Assembly: GCA_044359535.1 (NCBI GenBank)
Contig: JBIKLZ010000023.1
Span: 1 to 18,198, forward strand
Direction of reading: 5' to 3'
DNA length: 18,198 nucleotides
Source: Chlamydiia bacterium
GTDB taxonomy: Bacteria; Chlamydiota; Chlamydiia; Chlamydiales; 2-12-FULL-49-11
Below are positions 8,294 through 15,822 of this stretch, piece by piece. The position numbers were made by a program, and so were the translations under genes. How positions within the stretch are numbered: the first letter of the stretch is position 1; every line of letters starts with the position of its first letter. The notes under the pieces are model-generated. The model was not told where the DNA came from. It was given only the letters and a program-made list of their open reading frames with translations, and searched no databases.

Positions 8294-8827
8294 TTATCCT
8301 CCTGCAGGTCTAAAATTACGAATCATCACATCGCTATCTGTTTGTTTGATTCCATGCCGAGCAAGGATATCTGTTATAGTGATTGTAACGTTAGTTAGAG
8401 TGGAAAGGTTATGAGCATTTTGAGTAAGATTGTGCCGATCAAGGTCTAACATCGCTTCGCATTTGTGGATTATTTCCTTTAAAAGTGTTCGATCCACTTT
8501 ATCTAAGTTATAAGAACCAAAGGGGTTGTCATCGTCTTGTACAAGATTTGGGTTGTTATTTTGATGGTTAGGGAAGTGAAAATGGTTAAAGCGATCGATT
8601 GTGTCTCTATAATCCCTTTCTAAAGAAAAGGATTCATTTTCTTTTAAATCCTTTTCTATATTTTTCATCTCTTCCAAAATATGGCTTATTTCTCTCATTT
8701 CTAGACCCAATCCATCCTGCTGATCTAAAAGCTTTTTAATTTCAGTGGTAGAAAAGTCATCCCTTGCTGTTTGAAGGGCGACAGAGGCGTAGGGTAAATT
8801 ATAACCAAATAGGTTTTTTGATTCCAT
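8294..8827 (-). CDS. Hypothetical helical protein, first gene of the translocon-like operon (candidate needle-tip/filament subunit)
   Basis: 177 aa, hydrophilic, with an AAGGA SD. Its stop abuts the chaperone start (TAAATG). The C-terminus reads ...DVMIRNFR. Confidence 0.6.
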   Translation of the reverse strand: MESKNLFGYNLPYASVALQTARDDFSTTEIKKLLDQQDGLGLEMREISHILEEMKNIEKDLKENESFSLERDYRDTIDRFNHFHFPNHQNNNPNLVQDDDNPFGSYNLDKVDRTLLKEIIHKCEAMLDLDRHNLTQNAHNLSTLTNVTITITDILARHGIKQTDSDVMIRNFRPAGG

Positions 8828-8849
8828 AAAGTTCCTTTAAAAACCAACT

Positions 8850-8878
8850 ATAGTAGCAAAAGTGATAAATAAGATCAA
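8850..8878 (-). promoter_or_regulatory. Putative sigma66 promoter for the translocon-like operon
   Basis: The minus strand reads TTGATC-N17-TACTAT with an extended -10 TG, about 22 nt upstream of the ATG at 8827. Confidence 0.5.
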
Positions 8879-8899
8879 GACAATTAAACACATCTTGAG

Positions 8900-8928
8900 T
8901 TTACTTTTTATATGTAATCCTCTACACT
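8900..8928 (+). promoter_or_regulatory. Putative promoter for floA
   Basis: TTTACT-N17-TACACT upstream of the AGGAG SD and the ATG at 8952. Confidence 0.3.
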
Positions 8929-8951
8929 GCTTTGAAATTAGGAGTGTGCCT

Positions 8952-9917
8952 ATGTCAAATTTTATGGTGGGATTTTTAGCCCTTTTGGTGATTGGATCTG
9001 TTGTGATTCTTTCTGTTGTTTCAAGTTGTGTGAGCTTATGGTTTAGAGCTATTGTTTCCTTAGCCCACGTTTCAATGTTAAGTATTGTAGGGATGAGGAT
9101 ACGAAAAGTGCAACCAAAATTGATTGTTGACTCAAAGATCAATCTTACAAAAGCGGGGTTAAAAGAGATTTCCGTTTCAGATTTAGAGACCCATTATTTA
9201 GCAGGGGGAAATCTTTCTGAGGTTGTAAGAGCTGTCATTGCTGCGGATAAAGCAAGTATTAAGCTTACGTGGAAACAAGCAACAGCCATTGACTTAGCAG
9301 GAAGAAATCTTTTTGAAGCGGTCAAAACCTCTGTCTACCCAAAAGTGATTGATTGCCCAAAAGGGGGGGATGACAAATATATTTCAGCTGTCGCTCAAAA
9401 CGGAATTGAATTGTTAGTTAGGGCTCGAGTCACTGTTCGAACAAATATTATGCAACTTGTTGGAGGGGCTACAGAAGAAACAATCATAGCAAGGGTTGGA
9501 GAGGGGATTGTCGATGCTATCGGTTCAGCTCAAAGTCACTACGATGTGTTAAAAAGCCCCCATAGTGTTTCAGAAAGGGTGTTGCTTAAAGGATTGGATC
9601 AAAACACCGCTTTTGAGATTTTATCCATTGATATTGCCGACATCACAGTGGGACAAAACATCGGTGCAGAGTTGCAATCTAAGCAAGCCCTTGCCGATAT
9701 GCAGGTAGCACAAGCAAAAGCAGAGGGGAGAAAGGCGATGGCTATTGCTTTAGAACAAGAAAAAAAAGCAGAATTGATAGAAGCGGAAGCTAGAATTCCC
9801 ATTGCTATTGCCCATGCCTTTGAGAAAGGGCAGTTAGGGGTTATGGATTATCAAAAGCTTAAAAATTTAATGGCCGATACCGATATGAGACGATCTATTG
9901 CTAAGGAAGGGGAGTAG
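8952..9917 (+). CDS. floA: Flotillin-like protein FloA (YqfA/UPF0365 family)
   Basis: Hallmark motifs [31 protein letters not shown]...[32 protein letters not shown] and AQAKAE.R.AMA.A.EQE; N-terminal TM. Start moved to the ATG at 8952 after AGGAG. Confidence 0.95.
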   Translation: MSNFMVGFLALLVIGSVVILSVVSSCVSLWFRAIVSLAHVSMLSIVGMRIRKVQPKLIVDSKINLTKAGLKEISVSDLETHYLAGGNLSEVVRAVIAADKASIKLTWKQATAIDLAGRNLFEAVKTSVYPKVIDCPKGGDDKYISAVAQNGIELLVRARVTVRTNIMQLVGGATEETIIARVGEGIVDAIGSAQSHYDVLKSPHSVSERVLLKGLDQNTAFEILSIDIADITVGQNIGAELQSKQALADMQVAQAKAEGRKAMAIALEQEKKAELIEAEARIPIAIAHAFEKGQLGVMDYQKLKNLMADTDMRRSIAKEGE

Positions 9918-10093
9918 TGGAGGCTAAAAAGGGTTTAAACGATAAAAAAAAATCCCTGCTCAAACAATTGGGGGGCAAAAAAAAAGTGATGTTAGCCTCC
10001 CTTATTTTGGATAAAGAGGGGTTAAAAAGTGTCGCCTTTGAATATCTATGGAAAAAATGGTCTACTTGCGATCAGACCAATCTAGATGTGTAA
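9917..10093 (+). CDS. Small unannotated ORF (58 aa) translationally coupled to floA
   Basis: The GTG at 9917 overlaps the floA TAG and follows AAGGAAGGGGAG. It reads MEAKKGLNDKKKSLLKQLGGKKKVMLASLILDKEGLKSVAFEYLWKKWSTCDQTNLDV with TAA at 10091-10093, filling an otherwise empty gap. Confidence 0.45.
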   Translation: MEAKKGLNDKKKSLLKQLGGKKKVMLASLILDKEGLKSVAFEYLWKKWSTCDQTNLDV

Positions 10094-10487
10094 TAAAGCG
10101 TGTGTCTACTTTTGATTCTGAAAGGATGAACTGTTTATCCCCTACTTGAATATGGTAGAGATAGGTTTGAGGGCTTAAAGCGCGTCTTTCAAGAATTTTG
10201 ATGTTATTTTTACTGTTTTTAGAGGTGATGGTTGTAATTGGGGTCCCTCTTCTATAAATATAAATGACGATGAAGAAAAAAGTGAGTAAAATCCCTAAAA
10301 AAAATAGGGTTGTAAAGAGTTGCTTTTGGTGCGAAGATTCTAAAAAAGGGTTTGTTGTTGCCTCAGGTCGTAGTTCCTCTTCTTGAGGAGCTTCTATTTC
10401 TTGGTTTGGGTTTTTAGGTGTGGAAAGCTCAACATTTCCCAAAAGACAAAGGGGGAGTAAAAGTAAAAAGAAATATTTTTTCATCAT
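10062..10487 (-). CDS. FliO/MopB family protein
   Basis: Signal-peptide-like N-terminus and one TM, followed by the FliO-like pattern IKILERRALSPQT.LY.IQVGDK.FILSES. Confidence 0.75.
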   Translation of the reverse strand: MMKKYFFLLLLPLCLLGNVELSTPKNPNQEIEAPQEEELRPEATTNPFLESSHQKQLFTTLFFLGILLTFFFIVIYIYRRGTPITTITSKNSKNNIKILERRALSPQTYLYHIQVGDKQFILSESKVDTRFITHLDWSDRK

Positions 10488-10536
10488 GGTTCATTTATCT
10501 CTTTTTTTTCAATTCTCGTCCAGCTATAATTCTTCC

Positions 10537-11385
10537 ATGCGCGGAATCATTGCTACAGATATTGATGGAACCCTAACAGATAAAAACCATGAAATCCCAA
10601 AGGCTGTCTTAGAATTTTTAGGAAAAAAGCATAAGGAGGGGTTTGAGATTGTGTTTTTAACAGGTAGAACCCACTTTTTTTGTAAAAGGGTGTTAGCCCC
10701 TTGCACATTCCCCTTTCATCTTGGGGTGACAAATGGAACTGAGACCCTAAAAATGCCTCAAGAAAAAGCTTTTTTTAAACATTTTTTGACTAAAGAGATT
10801 GCAAGAAAAATTGCCTCCTTAAACCCCTTTTTAGATCGAGGTTTTATTTTTTACTCTGGATCTGAAGCAGGGGATTTTTGCTACTACGTTCCCCACCATT
10901 TTTCATCCTATGGAAAGGAATATATTGAAAAAATAGTAATGAGCAAGGGGGTCAACTATAAGGCTATAGACTCTTTGGATGCCGTTGATGTCGATGCATT
11001 TTCGCTACTAAGAGCCTTTGGAACGTTGAAACAAATGGAGGATTTACAAAAAATTTTAGCTGAGGAAATGGGGGATAAGATCAATTCTGTTGTCCTTCGT
11101 GATGTTGGGCAAGGAGAGTCTTTTTTACTTTTTATTTCCGCAAAAAATAGAACTAAGGGAAGTTGTTTGCAACAATTAAAAGCTGACAATCAATGGACGG
11201 GATCTGTCATCGCCTGTGGCGATGATCTAAATGACCTCCCTCTTTTTGAAGTGGCCGATATTAAAATTTGTATGGAAGATGGTCATCCTAACCTATTAGA
11301 AAAGGCAACCCTTATTGCAAAACCCTCCTATATGATGGGGATTATTGAAGCTTTAGATAAAGCTATAGGACTTATCGATGATTGA
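10537..11385 (+). CDS. Cof-type HAD-IIB family hydrolase
   Basis: Motif I ATDIDGTL, motif II LTGR, motif III TKG and motif IV GDDLND. Start placed at the ATG at 10537 (MRGIIATD), because the longer ORF overlaps the divergent FliO-like gene. Confidence 0.93.
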   Translation: MRGIIATDIDGTLTDKNHEIPKAVLEFLGKKHKEGFEIVFLTGRTHFFCKRVLAPCTFPFHLGVTNGTETLKMPQEKAFFKHFLTKEIARKIASLNPFLDRGFIFYSGSEAGDFCYYVPHHFSSYGKEYIEKIVMSKGVNYKAIDSLDAVDVDAFSLLRAFGTLKQMEDLQKILAEEMGDKINSVVLRDVGQGESFLLFISAKNRTKGSCLQQLKADNQWTGSVIACGDDLNDLPLFEVADIKICMEDGHPNLLEKATLIAKPSYMMGIIEALDKAIGLIDD

Positions 11386-12496
11386 ATCAAAAATCCTTTC
11401 AAATGTGAATGCATTTGCTGAAAAATATAAAAGTATCTATACAGGCTGTCTTCATTATAAAAATGAAAGGGAGGAGACAAGAGATGTCATTGCCTTAGTT
11501 GAAAACATTCTTTATGCCCTTTCTCAAATAACTACCTACTCTTTAGAAAAGGCTGAATGGGGATTTGCCTTTTTAGAGCGACTCTTTAAATTTTTTACCC
11601 CAAAGGGTTTTCCTGGAGCTATCCATGAATTTCCACATGTGTATAGCGATAAAGCAAACCTTGATATTTGTTTAGCCCTTACATTTTTTTTGAAAAATTA
11701 TAGCAAAGTGGTTCCAAAGGTCCATAAATTAATGATAGAAGGGATAAAAGATCAATTGCTAGAGATACTGAGTAAAAGGGAGTTAAAACCACTAGATAGA
11801 TACCTTTTTGAAACCTGTTGCCTTAAGTCAGATCGAAAAGAAATTGAAATTTCGACATTTTTTGAGTATGAGAAGGTGGTTTTATGTAGACTTCTTATGG
11901 GTGAAAAAGTTGTTCTTTCATGGCACAAAACTTTAGATGTCTATACTGGACCCCTTCTAGAAACCTACTATAAAGAGGGCAATCCCCTTTCTTCTTTATT
12001 CACAGAACTTATCCACGGAACAGGGGAGAGTCATATGTCTTTATTTGCAGCACTACTTCCAAAAAAAGGGTGGCAAAAGTGGCTCTTTTTTGAGGAAATG
12101 GAAAGGGAGGATCTTTATATTAACCATAGAGCCCCCTTTTTATCCATTCACTTTGAAGGGGCCTCTTTTGTAGGCCAAGGTAATTTTACAGTGACAGTCT
12201 GTGACGATGAGGTGACAATTGCCCTTGATCCTTTTGAAGAAATGGACTTTTACTTCACTTGTTCTTGTAAAAATTTTATTTTAGTTGATGGGATTAAAGC
12301 AACGGTCTTTTATCCGGAGGAAAGGGTTTTTTTAAAAAGTGAAAAAAAAACGATCATATTAAGATTTATTTCTCAGAAGGAGGGTTTTATTGGACATATC
12401 ATGAGGGGGAATAGACTCAACCAAATTTCAAAAAAACCGATCCTTTTTGACCACCGCATCCACCTTTTAGGATTAAAAAAGACCGATTTAAATTAA
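11378..12496 (+). CDS. Hypothetical protein (372 aa)
   Basis: Long ORF overlapping the HAD gene end by 8 nt (ATGATTGA); no motif recognised. Confidence 0.75.
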   Translation: MIESKILSNVNAFAEKYKSIYTGCLHYKNEREETRDVIALVENILYALSQITTYSLEKAEWGFAFLERLFKFFTPKGFPGAIHEFPHVYSDKANLDICLALTFFLKNYSKVVPKVHKLMIEGIKDQLLEILSKRELKPLDRYLFETCCLKSDRKEIEISTFFEYEKVVLCRLLMGEKVVLSWHKTLDVYTGPLLETYYKEGNPLSSLFTELIHGTGESHMSLFAALLPKKGWQKWLFFEEMEREDLYINHRAPFLSIHFEGASFVGQGNFTVTVCDDEVTIALDPFEEMDFYFTCSCKNFILVDGIKATVFYPEERVFLKSEKKTIILRFISQKEGFIGHIMRGNRLNQISKKPILFDHRIHLLGLKKTDLN

Positions 12497-12648
12497 TAAA
12501 GGTTATCATTCATAATAAATCACATTTTAGTTAAAAAAATAACCCCTCTCAAGATGTAGAAAAAATTATAATATAATTTTTTTTACTATAGAAAATCATA
12601 AGAATAACAGAGTAAATATAGAATAATTTTTTAAAATATCTTTACATA

Positions 12649-12677
12649 TTGCAAATAAAACCGGTGTTTGATACATT
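12649..12677 (+). promoter_or_regulatory. Putative sigma66 promoter for the Inc-like gene
   Basis: TTGCAA-N17-TACATT with an extended -10 TG and a very AT-rich upstream region. Confidence 0.55.
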
Positions 12678-12708
12678 TAGTATTAATAAATCAACAAAGG
12701 AGTTTATT

Positions 12709-13092
12709 ATGGGTGGAATGGATGGAATTGCAGTACGAGTTAGCCAAGAGGTAACTAGGGCAGCAAGTGTGGTAGAAAGAACTGTAACAGGAGTTTCAAC
12801 CCCTATTGCTAAAAAAGATGCGGCAGCAGCTTGGGCAGTTGCTGGAGCGGTGGTTTTGGTAGTTTCGTTATTCTTGGCAGCAGTCGGTGGTCTTGTGTTA
12901 GGTTTTGTCGCAGCAGTGATTCTTTCTGCAGCTGCAATTTTAGCGGTGCTTGTTTTAACAAACACCCCTGAAAGTTTTAAAAAACAAATCGCAGAGATTA
13001 AACAAAATATGTCTAATTTTAAAAATTGGTTAAATACATGGAAGGAAGATAAAGGCGCTGCTTTTATGTTCATGGTTCCAAAAAAAGAGTAG
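12709..13092 (+). CDS. Inc-like (inclusion membrane) protein with a bilobed hydrophobic domain
   Basis: AAGGAG SD then the ATG at 12709; 127 aa. About 45 uninterrupted hydrophobic residues split by a VGG turn, followed by an amphipathic/coiled-coil tail. Confidence 0.65.
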   Translation: MGGMDGIAVRVSQEVTRAASVVERTVTGVSTPIAKKDAAAAWAVAGAVVLVVSLFLAAVGGLVLGFVAAVILSAAAILAVLVLTNTPESFKKQIAEIKQNMSNFKNWLNTWKEDKGAAFMFMVPKKE

Positions 13093-13116
13093 CAGTAACT
13101 GTTGTTACTATTTTGA
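13089..13116 (+). terminator. Possible weak intrinsic terminator hairpin
   Basis: AGTAGCAGT-AACT-GTTGTTACT stem with G:U pairs, followed by ATTTT, between the convergent Inc-like gene and fabI. Confidence 0.25.
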
Positions 13117-13173
13117 TAAATGGTCCTCATTTAGATCTCTTTTTCATATACAAATGGAGATGTTAAGTGAGGG

Positions 13174-14061
13174 CTATTGAGTAAAAAAGTCAACTTCTCC
13201 ATACGGACCCATTGCATGAAGTCCGTTATCCACATAAATTATAGATGCAGTAATAGAGGCTGCATCGTTACTTAATAAAAAAAGGGCCGTTTTGGCCACA
13301 TCGTCAGCTAAAAGATCTTTTTGTAAAGGAGCATGAGCTCTAGCATAATTCACCATATCTTCAATTAAACCGATCGCTTTTGCTGCACGACTTTTTAAGG
13401 GGCCAGCTGAAATAGAATTTACCCTTAAGCCATAATTTCTACCCACTTCAAAGGCAAGGGTTTTTGTGTCGCTTTCTAAAGCCGCTTTTGATGAACTCAT
13501 CCCCCCTCCATATCCAGGAACAATTTGATTCGAAGCAACGTAGGTTAAGTTGAGGATTGAGCCTTCTTTGTTCATGATGGGGGCAAAATGTTTTACTAAG
13601 CTAATAAAAGAGTAGCTTGAAGCGCTTAATGCTTGTAAATACCCAGATCTACTTGTTTCAAGTAAGCTCTTTTTTATTTCAGGGGCGTTAGCAAGAGAAT
13701 GAACAAGAAAGTCAATAGAGCCAAAATCTTTTTCCACTTGCTCTTTAACACCGCTTACAGTAAAGCCTTTAACATCTTTATACCGTTTATTTTCTAAAAG
13801 AGAGGGGGGGACATCATCGATAGAATCAAAGAGGGCATCTATGGGGTAGATAGCTGAAAAAGACATTGTTGAACCATCGGATAAAAGGGTATTAAGTTTG
13901 TTGTTTTTTAGGGCGAGTGTAAAAATGTTAAAGGTGGGGACCCATGTTCCTACAATAATTTGGCACCCTTCTTCAGCAAGGGCTTTTGCTATTGCCCACC
14001 CAAACCCTTGGTCATCACTTATTCCAGCAATAAAGGCTTTTTTTCCTAAAAGTTTTTTCAT
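13174..14061 (-). CDS. fabI: Enoyl-ACP reductase (NADH), plant/chlamydial type
   Basis: AGISDDQGFGWAIAK, VGTWVP, ENKRY, LVHSLAN.PE, catalytic YGGGMSSSKAALESD and VNSISAGPL.SRAA.AIG. Confidence 0.96.
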   Translation of the reverse strand: MKKLLGKKAFIAGISDDQGFGWAIAKALAEEGCQIIVGTWVPTFNIFTLALKNNKLNTLLSDGSTMSFSAIYPIDALFDSIDDVPPSLLENKRYKDVKGFTVSGVKEQVEKDFGSIDFLVHSLANAPEIKKSLLETSRSGYLQALSASSYSFISLVKHFAPIMNKEGSILNLTYVASNQIVPGYGGGMSSSKAALESDTKTLAFEVGRNYGLRVNSISAGPLKSRAAKAIGLIEDMVNYARAHAPLQKDLLADDVAKTALFLLSNDAASITASIIYVDNGLHAMGPYGEVDFFTQ

Positions 14062-14148
14062 TTACTTCTTCTCAATAATTTGTATCTTTTAGGGGAAGTT
14101 TAAGGGTATAAAAATATAAACACAAGGGAAAGGTGTGGGGTTTTACAG

Positions 14149-14177
14149 GTGACAAATCGATGAACCTTTGCTATACT
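14149..14177 (+). promoter_or_regulatory. Putative sigma66 promoter for the holA-like gene
   Basis: GTGACA-N17-TATACT with an extended -10 TG; the ATG follows 8 nt later. Confidence 0.55.
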
Positions 14178-14185
14178 TTCAGATC

Positions 14186-15112
14186 ATGGAAGAAAAAAAT
14201 GAAATAAGCTATTTTAAGCATGGAGTGTTTTCTAAAAATCTTTTTTTAGCAGAACCTTCTGATTACCCCTATTTAATTCAGTCTATAAAAAAAGGGGTCA
14301 AAGGAGAAGTCTTCTTTTTCTCAGAAGGGGCTTTATTTTCCGACCTAATCAATGACATCTTTCAGCCCCCCTTATTTGGAGAAAAAAGGGTCTTTATTAT
14401 CCTTTCCTGTGATGAGTACACAGATGAAGAGTGGGATCTATTATTTCAAGAAAAAGGGGAGATCTGTTTTTTCTTCACTTCAAAAGCAAAAAAAGCCCTT
14501 ATAGAGAGGTTTAGTAAAGAGGGAGGGGTTTTATCGTTAATAGAGGAAAAACCTTGGGATAGAAAAAACCGTCTTTTAAAAGAGGTGATCGCTACGTTTC
14601 ATAGCGATGGGGTTTTTATTTCTCAGCCTACAGCCTCCCTGTTTGTCGAAAGGGTCTACGGAGATCTTTATCTTTTTACAAATGAACTTTTTAAGTTAAG
14701 GAGTTTTGCTCAAGGAAAAAAAAGTATAGAGGAAAAGGATATTGATGAACTTATCCCCCCCCTTCCTGAGGAAAACACCTTTAAAGTCACTGAGGATTTG
14801 GTCTGGAAAGGGGAGTTTGCTAAACATTTATTAGTAGATAGCTCTTCTTTATTACTTCAAATGATCGGTGCAATTCGATTTCAGGCTATGTTGGGACTAA
14901 AACTTTTATCGGTAAGTGGAGGGGGGGTTGCCCCTTGGCAAGAAAAAAAATATAAACAAAAAGCCCAAAGTTTAGGGGATACTTTTTTCAAAAAAGTATT
15001 TACTCTTACCTTTAAAGCGGAAAACAGGGTTAAACAAACAACATCCCCTCCATCAGCTATTTTTGATTTTCTCTCTATCCAAATTATTGCTAATGCTAAA
15101 AATAGTCGATGA
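14186..15112 (+). CDS. holA: DNA polymerase III subunit delta-like protein (divergent HolA)
   Basis: About 308 aa with PLFGEKRV, A..F.....GDL....NEL.KL, I...DI..L and N.F...E patterns typical of HolA. Lies upstream of an rsmI-like gene. Start moved from the TTG at 14168 to the ATG at 14186. Confidence 0.7.
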   Translation: MEEKNEISYFKHGVFSKNLFLAEPSDYPYLIQSIKKGVKGEVFFFSEGALFSDLINDIFQPPLFGEKRVFIILSCDEYTDEEWDLLFQEKGEICFFFTSKAKKALIERFSKEGGVLSLIEEKPWDRKNRLLKEVIATFHSDGVFISQPTASLFVERVYGDLYLFTNELFKLRSFAQGKKSIEEKDIDELIPPLPEENTFKVTEDLVWKGEFAKHLLVDSSSLLLQMIGAIRFQAMLGLKLLSVSGGGVAPWQEKKYKQKAQSLGDTFFKKVFTLTFKAENRVKQTTSPPSAIFDFLSIQIIANAKNSR

Positions 15113-15143
15113 AATAAAGGGGGGGGTGTGATAAACTCTTTTC

Positions 15144-15812
15144 ATGACTTTATATTTATTACCCAATTTACTTGCTGAGGATAGCGATATTTCACTTTCA
15201 ATTCCCCCTTGTGTGGAGGGGATTATCTATCAATTGGATGGATTTTTTGTTGAGACCCCAAAAGAGGCAAGGAAATTTTTAAAACGTTTTGATTTTGAAA
15301 AAGTACGTGATAAACCGATGGAAATTGTTGACAGAAGATCTGATGATTTTTCCTCTCATCTAAAACAGTTGAAAAAAGGGAGTTCTTGGGGCCTTTTAGC
15401 AGATAGTGGATTGCCCTGCATTGCCGATCCTGGATCAAGACTTGTCCTTCTTGCAAAACAATCTGGTGTTGAAGTGATTGCAATCCCTGGACCTTCAAGT
15501 ATTTTTATGGCCCTTCAACTCTCTGGATTGTATTCACAAAAGTTTACCTTTTATGGATACATGCCAAGAAGGATTGATAGAGCTTTGGGGAAAGATAAAC
15601 ACCTTCAGGTCTATATTCAAACCCCTTATAAAACAGAAATCACAGTCCAAAATCTCGTAGAGATTTTAGATCCAAGAGATATGCTTTGCATAGCCCTTGA
15701 TATTGGCTCTTCTAATCAAGAGGTGATTACCGATACAGTAAAAGGGTGGAAATCAAGGAAGTGGCCAAATTTTACAAAAAGACCTGCGGTCTTTTTAATT
15801 CAATGCAGATAA
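15144..15812 (+). CDS. rsmI: RsmI/YraL-like SAM-dependent methyltransferase (tetrapyrrole methylase fold)
   Basis: LYLLPN.L, GLLADSGLPCIADPG..LV, IPGPSSI..AL..SGL..Q.F.F.GY.P and TPY motifs. Confidence 0.85.
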   Translation: MTLYLLPNLLAEDSDISLSIPPCVEGIIYQLDGFFVETPKEARKFLKRFDFEKVRDKPMEIVDRRSDDFSSHLKQLKKGSSWGLLADSGLPCIADPGSRLVLLAKQSGVEVIAIPGPSSIFMALQLSGLYSQKFTFYGYMPRRIDRALGKDKHLQVYIQTPYKTEITVQNLVEILDPRDMLCIALDIGSSNQEVITDTVKGWKSRKWPNFTKRPAVFLIQCR

Positions 15813-15822
15813 AAGGAGAAAA

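Noticed and set aside
8837-9142. 101-aa minus-strand ORF, and the other short overlapping ORFs in the track (e.g. 386-601, 3360-3632, 9599-9802, 15223-15498)
   Set aside because: They overlap well-supported genes in antisense or alternative frames and have no recognisable motifs.
10062-10487. FliO-like gene as evidence of a flagellum
   Set aside because: There are no other flagellar genes here, and non-motile chlamydiae retain isolated flagellar-export homologs.
10420-10536. N-terminal extension of the HAD ORF (similarly the extensions listed for floA, mlaD, yqgE and the Inc-like gene)
   Set aside because: The extensions overlap neighbouring genes or promoters; downstream ATGs fit SD signals, coupling or family N-termini better.
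12642-13130. 162-aa minus-strand ORF
   Set aside because: Antisense shadow of the Inc-like gene, which has the promoter, the SD and a sensible topology.
14755-14762. C8 run in holA (and G7 runs in floA and holA) as phase-variation sites
   Set aside because: The frames are intact, the genes are housekeeping, and such runs are frequent throughout the window.
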